From: a virus
Taxonomy: Duplodnaviria; Caudoviricetes
Length of the DNA stretch: 27,530 nucleotides
Direction: 5' to 3' (one strand)
IMG/VR virus record: IMGVR_UViG_3300011440_000050
Span: 1 to 27,530 of that record
A program made the translations under genes and the position numbers. This document shows positions 17,213 through 26,144 of this stretch, piece by piece (position 1 is the stretch's first letter; each line of letters starts with the position of its first letter). The notes beneath the pieces were generated by a model. It saw nothing but the letters and a program-made list of their open reading frames with translations. It was not told where the DNA came from and made no database searches.

Positions 17213-17341
17213 ATGGCGAAGGCGGAGAAGGGTAACGCGGGCAAGTGTTACGACCACACATACCGCGGCCCCCGTTTCGACAAGCCGATCGTGCTACGGG
17301 ACGCCTCAGGCAAGCCGCTCTACACGGCGGACAAGAAGTGA
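17213..17341 (+). CDS. 42-aa basic protein (MAKAEKGNAGKCYDHTY...)
   Basis: GAGGAGG RBS within hammerhead 2; GTGA-coupled to next ORF; below ORF-track cutoff. Confidence 0.65.
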   Translation: MAKAEKGNAGKCYDHTYRGPRFDKPIVLRDASGKPLYTADKK

Positions 17342-17526
17342 GCCGCAACCGCGTCGGAGCGGACACGGTCGAGTACCACATGTATCCGGACAGCCACTTG
17401 TTCTCGACGCACGAAACGCGGGAGCGCGCACGGCGCTGCCCCATGTGCCAGAACTGCGTGGCCGTCGCCCACGACGCCGCTATCCAAGAGGACGCGAACC
17501 GCTGCGGCGCGTTCTCCATCCTGTGA
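17338..17526 (+). CDS. small hypothetical protein with CPMC motif
   Basis: GTGA overlap start; fills the gap before the lipoprotein. Confidence 0.55.
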   Translation: MSRNRVGADTVEYHMYPDSHLFSTHETRERARRCPMCQNCVAVAHDAAIQEDANRCGAFSIL

Positions 17527-17537
17527 TCGGAGGAGAA

Positions 17538-18332
17538 GTGAAGAAAGCCGTACTCGTTGCGCTGCTCTGCGGAGCGTGTGCTCAGGACTTGAACGTACTG
17601 CCTACCACGCCCGAGGCGACGCCTGTGCCCGTGAGCACGCCGGCCCCTGCGACGCCGCCGCCGGCAGAGGGCGGCTCGGATACGCCGTCGTACTACGGCG
17701 GCATCCGGCAGGACAACTCCGGGTGGGTCGTGAACAACACGGACCGGGTGCAGACCGTGAGCCTCTGCTCCTACAACGCGACCGGGCCGCAGCAGCTCGT
17801 GGACTCGCATACGCAGGACGCGGCTCGGGGGATTCAGGCCGACTTCCGCGCCCTGGCCGTCCCGGCTGCGTCGTGCGGGAAGACGACGCGCGTGCAGATC
17901 GACCTCGTCCCCGGCACATGCCGCGCGGACGGGCTCTATGGGAACTCTGCGATCAAGTACCGGGTGTATTTCCTGCCCGGGCCGGCGTGCCCAGTGCCGA
18001 CGCCTACGCCGAGCCCGACACCCACCCCTTCCTGCGACCAACAGAATCCGCCTAGCTTCAAGCTAGGGGCTTTGTCCTGGGACGGGCGTGGGCCGGTGTC
18101 GGGTGCTGCGGCGGTGAGCAACGCGGGCACCTGGAAGCTCATTCTGCGGGCGACGAATCCCGGCAACTTCCAGAAGGCCGTGGACACGAAGACCGTCTAC
18201 TGCGGGAAGTCCGCGACGCTCCTCGTGTCGTATCCCTGGGCCGGGCACTCCTCGGAAGACTGGCGTCTCGAACTCTACCGGGACGGCTCACTCGTCGCCA
18301 CGAGCCCTGTCGTCAAGAACCCGGTCAACTGA
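17538..18332 (+). CDS. putative lipoprotein with Pro/Thr-rich linkers
   Basis: GGAGGAG RBS; MKKAVLVALLCGAC lipobox-like signal; PTPTPSPTPTP linker between beta-rich domains. Confidence 0.75.
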   Translation: MKKAVLVALLCGACAQDLNVLPTTPEATPVPVSTPAPATPPPAEGGSDTPSYYGGIRQDNSGWVVNNTDRVQTVSLCSYNATGPQQLVDSHTQDAARGIQADFRALAVPAASCGKTTRVQIDLVPGTCRADGLYGNSAIKYRVYFLPGPACPVPTPTPSPTPTPSCDQQNPPSFKLGALSWDGRGPVSGAAAVSNAGTWKLILRATNPGNFQKAVDTKTVYCGKSATLLVSYPWAGHSSEDWRLELYRDGSLVATSPVVKNPVN

Positions 18333-18958
18333 TGAAGATCGAAGCCGTCCCTTTCACGCTGTCGCCCGAGGATCTGATCCCTGACCAAATCCTCTATCCG
18401 CCGCAGCCACGAAGAGTCGACTTGCCACACCTTTCGCCGATCCTACGGGACTTGGAACGGGTCACGGGTCGAGCGAAGAGATACGGCGACGATTTGACCC
18501 CTGAGGACCGGAATCGTCGCCGTGCGTATTTCGAGATGGGCTTCGCGTGGGAGATGTGCATGGAGGCTGCGTTCAAGATGCGGCAGATGCACGGCTTCAG
18601 CGCGAGCATGATCCGGCAACCAGAGATCGAGCACAAGGGCATCCTCAGCACGGGCGACCTGCTCGACACCGAGGACTGGCGTTACGTCGAGTTGAAGTTC
18701 ACGACGCGCAGTTCCCGTCACGTCGAGGAACTCGAAGAGAACTTCTGGGTGTGGTTCCAACAGATGCGGTGGAATTGCGCCGCGTGGCAGACGAACAAGG
18801 CCGCGCTCTTCGTGCTCTTCGGTTGCGGTAACTACAAGCCACCGACGCCGGACGCACGGGGTTGGAGGATCGAATTCAGCGACGGGGAGATCGCGGACAC
18901 AGAAACGATGGTCACGAATCACAGGGACCGCATGTCCCGGGAGGGGAGATTGCGATGA
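18332..18958 (+). CDS. PD-(D/E)XK exonuclease (RecB/Cas4-like)
   Basis: GFAWE, STGDLLD, VELKFT, WFQQM motifs. Confidence 0.75.
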   Translation: MKIEAVPFTLSPEDLIPDQILYPPQPRRVDLPHLSPILRDLERVTGRAKRYGDDLTPEDRNRRRAYFEMGFAWEMCMEAAFKMRQMHGFSASMIRQPEIEHKGILSTGDLLDTEDWRYVELKFTTRSSRHVEELEENFWVWFQQMRWNCAAWQTNKAALFVLFGCGNYKPPTPDARGWRIEFSDGEIADTETMVTNHRDRMSREGRLR

Positions 18959-19377
18959 GGGTTTCATTCGAGGGTGAGCTGGACGACGTTTTCAAGATGG
19001 TTTGTGAGGCTTACTACGAGGCTAAGGGGGATATGTTTTCTCAAGCGGACGGTTACTCGGGGCCGATCGATGTGCCGGCCGGTGATCAGGGCGGCGTCAA
19101 GTTTGGGCCGCAAGGTTCCGTGATCGTCAATGGCCTTCTCAGGGACGTGGCACAGCCCGTCATTGGCGAAATCGAGGGCGACGAGCCTGAGGAACTACTC
19201 ACGGCTATCGCCGGCTTCCTGTGCCGACTCAGCCAAGCGACGGGGCGAAGTATCGATGATGTTGAAGTCGCGCTGGATAAGGACAGAACGCGCTTCGAGC
19301 TGGTCGTTGTCTTGGGTGAGGGCTTCAACACCGACATTGCCGACGCGATCACGTCTGATCTGCTGGAAGTTGTATGA
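18955..19377 (+). CDS. acidic hypothetical protein
   Basis: ATGA-coupled both ends; 140 aa. Confidence 0.7.
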   Translation: MRVSFEGELDDVFKMVCEAYYEAKGDMFSQADGYSGPIDVPAGDQGGVKFGPQGSVIVNGLLRDVAQPVIGEIEGDEPEELLTAIAGFLCRLSQATGRSIDDVEVALDKDRTRFELVVVLGEGFNTDIADAITSDLLEVV

Positions 19378-19583
19378 CAAGCATCTTCGGGACGGTCAGC
19401 AGCGTCCGCGCACGGTTGCAGTCGCGTCGTGGCCTTTCGAAGCGAGAACTCTATCGGCTCGTGCAGGACGTGCTCATGCGTGAGCAGATTGCGCTGAAGC
19501 GGCTAGCGGGCGCTATGAAGCGGCTGGAAGAGCTGGAACCGCCCACCACGGCGGCGGATCCGGTACAGGAGGTTGAGGGATGA
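19374..19583 (+). CDS. hypothetical protein
   Basis: ATGA-coupled both ends. Confidence 0.65.
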   Translation: MTSIFGTVSSVRARLQSRRGLSKRELYRLVQDVLMREQIALKRLAGAMKRLEELEPPTTAADPVQEVEG

Positions 19584-19756
19584 AGAAGAAGCAGATGTTT
19601 GGGATTCGGTGCTCTGACGGGAGCCGCTGTTTTCGCTTCACACTGTTCCGCAGCCGCGAGACGGCGAAAGCCCGACTTGCTGCGGCGAAAAAGCGAGCGT
19701 TGAAGTCGCCCTGTCCGAAAGAGTTCGAGGGACACCGCGTGGTGATCGCTCAATGA
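19580..19756 (+). CDS. 58-aa basic hypothetical protein (MKKKQMFGIRCSD...)
   Basis: GGAGG RBS; ATGA-coupled both ends; below ORF-track cutoff. Confidence 0.6.
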   Translation: MKKKQMFGIRCSDGSRCFRFTLFRSRETAKARLAAAKKRALKSPCPKEFEGHRVVIAQ

Positions 19757-20493
19757 GCACGCCCGCGGCGAACCTCGGCTTCGAGCGGCCTCGGCGCACG
19801 CGTCAGCGTCGTCAGTGTTGGCTCGGGGCCGGCAAGACGAAGACGGGCAAGACGCGCTTCGGCCTGACATTCCCTGGGCCGATCGCCGTCCTCAGCTTCG
19901 ACCGGGCCATCGAGGACGTGCTCCACGAAGTGCCCGGAGCCGACGTAGTCGTGAAGGACTTCACGCGCTCCTTCAAGCTCGGCGAGCCTATGACGCAAGC
20001 GCAGGCACAAGCGGTCGAGGCCGAGTTTGCGAAGGCGTACCTCGGCGCTCTGGAGCACAAGGACATCCGCACCGTGATGATCGACAAGGGCACAACCTTG
20101 TGGGAGATCATGCGCTACGCCGAGTGGGGCAAGATCGACCACGTCAAGGCGCACCATTACGTAGGCGTGAACTCGCGTATGCGCCGCTACCTCCTCGCCT
20201 TTCAGGACTCCACGAAGAACGTCTATATCGTGGACGACGTGAAAGAGGAGTGGGACGACAACGGCAAGCCGACTGGTCAATTCAAGCGTGAGGGCTTCAA
20301 GCATACGCCGGGTCTCGTGCAGGTCTGCGCGAGCTTTGAGCGAGTAGAGAAGGGCAAGGACTTCTTCATGACTCTCGAAGAGTGCGCGCTCAACTCGTCG
20401 CTCATCGGCTGGAAGTTCGAGGGGCCAGAGATCGATTTCCGCCAAATCGCCGGTATGGTCATGACGGATAGCGTTGCAGAGGACTGGAAATGA
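19753..20493 (+). CDS. AAA_24/Sak4-like P-loop ATPase
   Basis: GKTKTGKT Walker A, TVMID Walker B; near a PD-(D/E)XK exonuclease as in phage recombination modules. Confidence 0.75.
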   Translation: MSTPAANLGFERPRRTRQRRQCWLGAGKTKTGKTRFGLTFPGPIAVLSFDRAIEDVLHEVPGADVVVKDFTRSFKLGEPMTQAQAQAVEAEFAKAYLGALEHKDIRTVMIDKGTTLWEIMRYAEWGKIDHVKAHHYVGVNSRMRRYLLAFQDSTKNVYIVDDVKEEWDDNGKPTGQFKREGFKHTPGLVQVCASFERVEKGKDFFMTLEECALNSSLIGWKFEGPEIDFRQIAGMVMTDSVAEDWK

Positions 20494-20663
20494 GCAAAGG
20501 TTATCGGCTCTACATGCACTCTCGTGTCCCGCTCGGCCTTACGTCGCGAATCTCGTTCGGCTTTCACTCGCAGTTCCTTGACGCTTTCGATAGAGCCACA
20601 AGATTCCGCGAAATCATTGCTGTCGGCACCGAGGAGGGCGCTATGTGCGTCCATGTCCGATGA
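20490..20663 (+). CDS. 57-aa hypothetical protein (MSKGYRLYMH...)
   Basis: ATGA-coupled both ends; below ORF-track cutoff. Confidence 0.55.
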   Translation: MSKGYRLYMHSRVPLGLTSRISFGFHSQFLDAFDRATRFREIIAVGTEEGAMCVHVR

Positions 20664-21247
20664 CACAGTATCACCACGGAGTGAATCTCGCGTGCGAAAT
20701 CAAGCTGACCGGGGTGACGCCGCACGGGAGGGCGTTCGTGTGGAACCACAAGGATCCGAATTGCCCGTACCACCACGCTGTGCTCACGGGTACGTCATCT
20801 GCTCCACCGATGAATGGACAGGTTTTCGCGTACGGAGTGAACACGGCGGAAGTCGAATCTTCGAGCGTGTCTACGCCCCTGTCTGCTCCGAGTGTCCGCC
20901 AGTTCGAGACGGGGGCGACGCGAGACGCTGATACGGGAAAGCTGGCGTACGAGGGCTTTCTCGATCCGCTCGTACTGAAGCGTTACGCACAGTTCATGCA
21001 TCGGCACCGGACACAGTCGGACGGCACACTGCGCGACCCCGACAACTGGCAGAGAGGCATCCCTCTTGATGTGTATGCCGACTCCGGCATACGCCACGTC
21101 TTCGAGTGGTGGCTCGTACACCGAGGGAACCCGATGCCACCGGCCGGGCCGCGCGATCCGAAGGACCTGCCGGACATTCTCTGCGCCGTAATGTTCAACG
21201 CTATGGGCTATCTGCACGAACTCTTGAAGGAGAAAGCGAATGGGTGA
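20660..21247 (+). CDS. dATP/dGTP diphosphohydrolase-domain protein (DUF5664-like)
   Basis: RQFETGATRD...GK, DNWQRGIP, SGIRH, LCAVMFNAMGYLHE. Confidence 0.8.
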   Translation: MTQYHHGVNLACEIKLTGVTPHGRAFVWNHKDPNCPYHHAVLTGTSSAPPMNGQVFAYGVNTAEVESSSVSTPLSAPSVRQFETGATRDADTGKLAYEGFLDPLVLKRYAQFMHRHRTQSDGTLRDPDNWQRGIPLDVYADSGIRHVFEWWLVHRGNPMPPAGPRDPKDLPDILCAVMFNAMGYLHELLKEKANG

Positions 21248-21479
21248 GGCGCTCAGGGATCGCGACCGCCAGATGCTCGGCGTATTAGACGCCGCGCTCG
21301 ATAAGCTGGAGAGTGACTTCGAGGACGCCCCTCAGGCCACTATTCTCGAACAGGTTGAGCGGCTCGTCGCGCAGGCTAAGCTCGCGTATTGGTCCGCGGC
21401 GTCCCCTCGCGCACAGTTCGCCGAGGACCTCGACCGGCTCCTCGCCATGGCGTACTCGCTGCGGAGGGAGATCCTGTGA
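21240..21479 (+). CDS. hypothetical protein
   Basis: AAGGAG RBS; overlaps neighbours. Confidence 0.65.
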   Translation: MGEALRDRDRQMLGVLDAALDKLESDFEDAPQATILEQVERLVAQAKLAYWSAASPRAQFAEDLDRLLAMAYSLRREIL

Positions 21480-21682
21480 TCAAGGTTCGACACAAGGATC
21501 AACAGTGGATGGTAGATGAAAACGCGGGCTTCCCCGGCGCGACTCTCTGCGTGCTGATGGATCTTCGCGACGAACTGAAGCGGCTTAACGCAGTCTTCGC
21601 TTGCCACAACACACAGGAAATCCCCGACATCCTACGCCGCATCTCTTGCAACACTGCGCGCAAGACGAAGCGGAGGAAGTAG
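21476..21682 (+). CDS. hypothetical protein
   Basis: GGAGGGAG RBS; GTGA overlap. Confidence 0.6.
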   Translation: MIKVRHKDQQWMVDENAGFPGATLCVLMDLRDELKRLNAVFACHNTQEIPDILRRISCNTARKTKRRK

Positions 21683-21792
21683 TGGAGATCCTCGGCACCG
21701 TCGTCGGGCTCATCCTCGTCTTCGCAGTCGGGATCATGGTTGGACACGCGCTCGGGTCGTGCGGGTCATGCTCTTCATCGACCCGCGGGTAG
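21682..21792 (+). CDS. small membrane peptide
   Basis: GGAGG RBS, TAGTG overlap; ILGTVVGLILVFAVGIMVG hydrophobic run. Confidence 0.45.
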   Translation: MEILGTVVGLILVFAVGIMVGHALGSCGSCSSSTRG

Positions 21793-22487
21793 GCGGCTCC
21801 GCGCAGGAGCGAGAAGCGTCGCTCAAGCGCTGGATCGCGGGGACCGGGGGTGAGCAGCGAACGCTCCCCTTCGGAGACTTCGCTATCGACGGTTTCGCGC
21901 CCGGCGGGCGTCCGACGCTCGTCGGCATCGAGTTCAAGACGGTGAGTGACTTGCTCTCGTCCCTGGACACGGGCCGTTTCGCCGGGCATCAAGTACCGGG
22001 CTTGGTGTCCAGCTACGAGTACCGATACCTGCTCGTGGAGGGAAGCCTCCAGCTCTCCACGAGCGGGCGCGTCAACGTCTATCGCGGGGGTTGGGCTGAG
22101 ACGGGCTGGATGCATCAGGCGCTCCTCGGCCTGCTCGATGACATCTGCACGCAAGCCGGCATCTCCGTCCTGCGTAGCGCGAACCGTGAGGAGTCGTACA
22201 GCGTGCTCAAAGCCGTGGCTGCCGTGTGGTCGAAGCCGTGGGAGGAGCGGACGGGGCTCAATGTTATCTATACGCCCCCGCCTCCGCTCTTCCTTCCACG
22301 TCCTTCGCAGGCTACGGAGTTCGCGAATCGACTCCCGGGCTTCGGGTGGTCGCGGGCACGGGCGGCGGCGAAGCACTTCGGTAACGGGCTGGAGATGGCG
22401 TCGGCGACAGAGAAGGACTGGCGGGAAGTTGAGGGGGTCGGCAAAACACTGGCGAAGGCCGCTTTCGCCGCTTGGAGGGAGAAGTAG
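21759..22487 (+). CDS. ERCC4/XPF-family structure-specific nuclease with HhH repeats
   Basis: LPFGDF, IEFKTVSDLLSS, LLVEG, HhH LPGFG and VEGVG. Confidence 0.88.
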   Translation: MRVMLFIDPRVGGSAQEREASLKRWIAGTGGEQRTLPFGDFAIDGFAPGGRPTLVGIEFKTVSDLLSSLDTGRFAGHQVPGLVSSYEYRYLLVEGSLQLSTSGRVNVYRGGWAETGWMHQALLGLLDDICTQAGISVLRSANREESYSVLKAVAAVWSKPWEERTGLNVIYTPPPPLFLPRPSQATEFANRLPGFGWSRARAAAKHFGNGLEMASATEKDWREVEGVGKTLAKAAFAAWREK

Positions 22488-22492
22488 GGGCC

Positions 22493-22714
22493 ATGAAGGA
22501 ACTATCGACAGACGACTCTGGACACATCGAGGGCGACGGTAGTCGCATTCGCCCCGCGCAGTGGGCCGACGATGCGCCGAAGCGCTTCCGCAAGCCGCGG
22601 AAGGAGCGGCCCGAAGCGAAGTGTACCAACCCGCGGACGGGCTTCGAGCGGGCGAAGCACGAGCCCGACAAGGACAACCGCTGCATCTTTTGCTCGAAAA
22701 GAGCAGTGGCGTAG
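22493..22714 (+). CDS. hypothetical protein
   Basis: ATG 6 nt after ERCC4 stop; C...H...CIFC motif. Confidence 0.6.
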   Translation: MKELSTDDSGHIEGDGSRIRPAQWADDAPKRFRKPRKERPEAKCTNPRTGFERAKHEPDKDNRCIFCSKRAVA

Positions 22715-22869
22715 TGGACTGTCAGGTGTGCGGATTCCCTACTGATTATTCCTTCGTCTGCGGCCTTCACGGCGTAACGTTGGAGTGCATATGGGAGTAC
22801 ATCTGCTTCGACTGCTGGCTGTGGGCTGACAACCTTGACACATGGGGGCGAAGTGCACACGAGGATTGA
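22714..22869 (+). CDS. small Cys-rich protein
   Basis: TAGTG overlap; CQVC...CGLH...CFDC. Confidence 0.5.
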   Translation: MDCQVCGFPTDYSFVCGLHGVTLECIWEYICFDCWLWADNLDTWGRSAHED

Positions 22870-25381
22870 GGGTGAGGGGCCGCGACCGTGCTCCGTGATG
22901 TGGGTGGGCGAGGCCCCTACGCCTGCGGAGAAGATGAGCGGGCGCGTGTGGCAAGGCAAGGCGGGGACGCTGCTCTCGCGCGTGATGGATGCTGCGGACT
23001 TGTTCCGTCCCGACCAGTACATCACGAATCTGCGGAAGACGTTCGTGCAGGAGGGTGAGGACATTTTCACGGAACTCGACGAGTTCGGGCTCGAAGTCGC
23101 GTGCGTCAAGCCGAGCGTCATCGTCGCCATGGGCCGCAACGTCTCGCGTTACTTCCTCGGCGACGTGGACATGGAGGCCGTACACGGCAACCCGTACAAG
23201 CAGACGATTGCTATCGGCCAATCGGGTACGCTTTGGACAGGCACCGTGATCCCCATTTACAGTCCGGCGGCGGGGTTGTACGACGCTTCGCTCCTCGGCG
23301 CAGTGCTCAGCGATGTCCGTCGGGTGGCTGCGGTGATAGCAGGGGATGAGGCCCCGAGACTGCTGCGGCAAGATGTGGTGAAGGAGTACCGTTGGGGTTT
23401 CGACTCCCGCTGCCTCTGCTACCAAAAGGAATCCGTGATCGGGCTCGACACTGAGGGCTGGCAGGATGCGCCTTGGTGCCTTTCCTACTCCTGGGCCAAG
23501 GGGCAGGCTGCGGTGATCCGTGCGAATGATGACTCTCAGCTATACCTGTTTCGTAAGTGGCTGCCCGGCGTCAAGCAGGTTTGGCTTCACAACTCGCTGC
23601 ACGACCTGGGTGTGCTCAAGGCCATGGGTATCACGCTACGTGACGACCAGATTCAAGACACGATGCAGCTCGCATACTGCATCCAGTCTGAGCCACAGGG
23701 GCTCAAGGCCCTCGCGCTACGGCATCTCGGCCGGCATATGCAGAACTACCACGATCTGACTTTCCCCTTCGACCAGCTCGGTGCGGCCACCTACCTGCGG
23801 AAGATAGCTGCGGGGAACTGGCCAAAGCCGGAGCCCTATTTTGATGAGGAAGAACAGAAGGTGAAGAAGCCGCGCAAGCTGCAGTCGCGCGCCGCAGAGC
23901 TGCTGAAAAAGTATGACGCGGGTGGGCTGGAGAAGTCGTTGCGGGACACTTGGGCTGACATCCCCGCGCATGTGCGGGCAGTCGTTGAGGAGGCTGCCAA
24001 GGAGCAGGGTGATCTTGGCCCCATGCCGCCCTTCTCGCTCAGCGATTGCCCGAAGGATAAGGTGCTCGACTACGCCGCCGAGGACGCGGACGTGACCTTA
24101 CAGCTCGCAGGGCCGCTCGCCGCGATGGCTGTGGGTCGGAAGGTGTCCGACGTGTACGAGATCGACCGTCAGTGTATACCGATCCTTCAGCGTATGCAGG
24201 AAGTAGGCATGCGGGCGGACCCTGCACACTTCCGCAGGCTGACGGAGACGTTCACGAACAAGATGGCCGGGAAGCGGTTGGAGATCGCTTCGTATAACAA
24301 GGGCGAGGACGTGAATCCGTCCTCCAGTGACCAAGTCGCCACTCTGCTGTACGACCGGCTCCGGCTTCCTGTGCTGAAGCTGACGCCGGGCCGCAAGCCC
24401 TCGACTGAAGACAAAGTGCTCGAAGCCTTGCGCGAGAAACATCCGGTGCCCGGGCTCATCTGCGACTACCGGGAGTATGCCAACCTTCGCAACAACTTCT
24501 CTTCCAAGCTGGCCGGCATGGTACGTCCTGATGGCCGGGTGAGCGGGCGTATCCGGGGGACGCGAGTGCCTTCGGGCCGCATTGCGATGAGTGAGCCGAA
24601 CCTGCTCGGTATCCCGACGCGCACCGCGGAAGGCGTACTGATCCGCAACGGCTTTCCCGCACCGCCGGGCCGCGTGTTGGCTTCGTGCGACCTTGACCAA
24701 ATCGAAATGCGTGTGATGGCAAGTCTCAGCGGCGACGCGCTGCTCAAGGGCCATTTCCGTGATGGTCGCGACGTGCATGTGCAGACGGGCGCCCGCATCT
24801 TCGGCGTGTCGCTCGAAGAGGCGAAGCAGAAGAAGTACCGCGACCCGGCGAAGACGACTGGCTACGGCATCCTTTTCGGCATCTCTGGACAGGGGCTCGA
24901 TGAGCAATTCCGCAAGCTAGGCATTACGGGCGTGCGCGGTCAAGACATGATCGACGGATGGTTGGGGATGTACAAGGGCGTCCACAGGTTCATCAAGGAG
25001 ACGCACCGTCAAGCCGCGATGAGTGGATACATCCGGGACGAGAGCGGGCGAATCCGCGACTTGCCCGGCGCCCTTATCGGCGACCTGCACCAACTCTCCG
25101 AGGCTCGGCGCTTCGCTGTCTCTCAACGTATCCAGGGGACCGCGGCGCACATCTTGAAGCGCGCACAGCTCCGTGTGTGGGAGTGGATTCAGGGGTGTCC
25201 GTTCGCAGATTTGCTGCTACAGATCCATGATGAACTCCTCTTCGAGTGCGAAGAGGGGCAGGAGGAGTTGCTCAAGACGTTGGTGCTCGAAGCAATGACC
25301 GCGGACTCGGGCGTACTCCTCTCCGTGCCCATCACCGCCAAGATGGGCTTCGGTAAGACCTGGGGCGCTCTCAAGGACTGA
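22835..25381 (+). CDS. polA: family A DNA polymerase with N-terminal UDG-like and 3'-5' exonuclease domains
   Basis: VGEAP/GKAG/YITN (UDG family 4-like); LDTE, HNSLHD, YAAEDA (Exo I-III); DLDQIEMR, RDPAKTTGYGILFG, IHDEL (Pol A-C); start may be GTG 22853. Confidence 0.95.
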   Translation: MTHGGEVHTRIEGEGPRPCSVMWVGEAPTPAEKMSGRVWQGKAGTLLSRVMDAADLFRPDQYITNLRKTFVQEGEDIFTELDEFGLEVACVKPSVIVAMGRNVSRYFLGDVDMEAVHGNPYKQTIAIGQSGTLWTGTVIPIYSPAAGLYDASLLGAVLSDVRRVAAVIAGDEAPRLLRQDVVKEYRWGFDSRCLCYQKESVIGLDTEGWQDAPWCLSYSWAKGQAAVIRANDDSQLYLFRKWLPGVKQVWLHNSLHDLGVLKAMGITLRDDQIQDTMQLAYCIQSEPQGLKALALRHLGRHMQNYHDLTFPFDQLGAATYLRKIAAGNWPKPEPYFDEEEQKVKKPRKLQSRAAELLKKYDAGGLEKSLRDTWADIPAHVRAVVEEAAKEQGDLGPMPPFSLSDCPKDKVLDYAAEDADVTLQLAGPLAAMAVGRKVSDVYEIDRQCIPILQRMQEVGMRADPAHFRRLTETFTNKMAGKRLEIASYNKGEDVNPSSSDQVATLLYDRLRLPVLKLTPGRKPSTEDKVLEALREKHPVPGLICDYREYANLRNNFSSKLAGMVRPDGRVSGRIRGTRVPSGRIAMSEPNLLGIPTRTAEGVLIRNGFPAPPGRVLASCDLDQIEMRVMASLSGDALLKGHFRDGRDVHVQTGARIFGVSLEEAKQKKYRDPAKTTGYGILFGISGQGLDEQFRKLGITGVRGQDMIDGWLGMYKGVHRFIKETHRQAAMSGYIRDESGRIRDLPGALIGDLHQLSEARRFAVSQRIQGTAAHILKRAQLRVWEWIQGCPFADLLLQIHDELLFECEEGQEELLKTLVLEAMTADSGVLLSVPITAKMGFGKTWGALKD

Positions 25382-25382
25382 A

Positions 25383-26144
25383 ATGCCCAAGCCTAAGATT
25401 CTCTTCCTCGACATCGAGACAGCCCCCGATCTCGGTTACGTGTGGACCCTCTACCAGACGAACGTGATCGAGGTGAAGGAGCCCTGGTACATCCTCTCCT
25501 ATGCCGCGAAGTGGAAGGGCGAGAAGGCGTTCGTGCGCGGCCTGAACGACTGGGCGGACTACGGGCTCGACATGAGTAACGACCACCACCTAATGAGGGA
25601 GTTGTGGCTCCTGCTCGACAAAGCGGACATTGTCGTCGCGCACAACGGGATGGACTTCGATTTGAAGAAGATCAACGCGCGATTCATCGTACACGGCATG
25701 AAGCCGCCCTCGCCCTACGTCATCGTGGACACGAAGCGTGAGGCGAAGAAGGTGGCGCGGTTCTCCTCGAATCGCCTCGACTCCCTGTGCGATCAGCTCG
25801 ACATCGGGCGCAAGCTGCGGCATCAGGGGTTCTCGATGTGGCTCGGCTGCATGGCTGGTGACGCGGCTTGCTGGAAGACGATGAAGCGGTACAACCTGCA
25901 CGACATCAAGCTGCTCGAAGGTCTGTACAACGAGCTGGCACCATGGATGCGCCAGCCGAACGGCGCGATGTGGGGGAGGAACTGCACGAACCCTGCGTGC
26001 AGCTCGAAGCGGAAGATGCACTCGGACGGCATACGCCGGAACAAGTCGCGGGCATACCGCCGTCTCGTGTGTATGGACTGCGGAGCGCGAGCGCAGGGGA
26101 CGTTTTCCTTGCCGAGCCCGCGGGCGGATCGTGTTCCCGCGTAA
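25383..26144 (+). CDS. RNase H-fold DEDD exonuclease with C-terminal Zn ribbon
   Basis: FLDIETAP, AHNGMDFD, YNLHD; CTNPAC...CMDC. Confidence 0.88.
   Translation: MPKPKILFLDIETAPDLGYVWTLYQTNVIEVKEPWYILSYAAKWKGEKAFVRGLNDWADYGLDMSNDHHLMRELWLLLDKADIVVAHNGMDFDLKKINARFIVHGMKPPSPYVIVDTKREAKKVARFSSNRLDSLCDQLDIGRKLRHQGFSMWLGCMAGDAACWKTMKRYNLHDIKLLEGLYNELAPWMRQPNGAMWGRNCTNPACSSKRKMHSDGIRRNKSRAYRRLVCMDCGARAQGTFSLPSPRADRVPA

Noticed and set aside
18332-18958. Cas4-like nuclease plus DinG as a type IV CRISPR-Cas system
   Set aside because: No array, no Cas5/6/7 genes; both families are common stand-alone phage replication/recombination genes
20660-25381. 2-aminoadenine (Z-genome) pathway
   Set aside because: No PurZ-like adenylosuccinate synthetase homolog in the window; a diphosphohydrolase with PolA is not sufficient evidence
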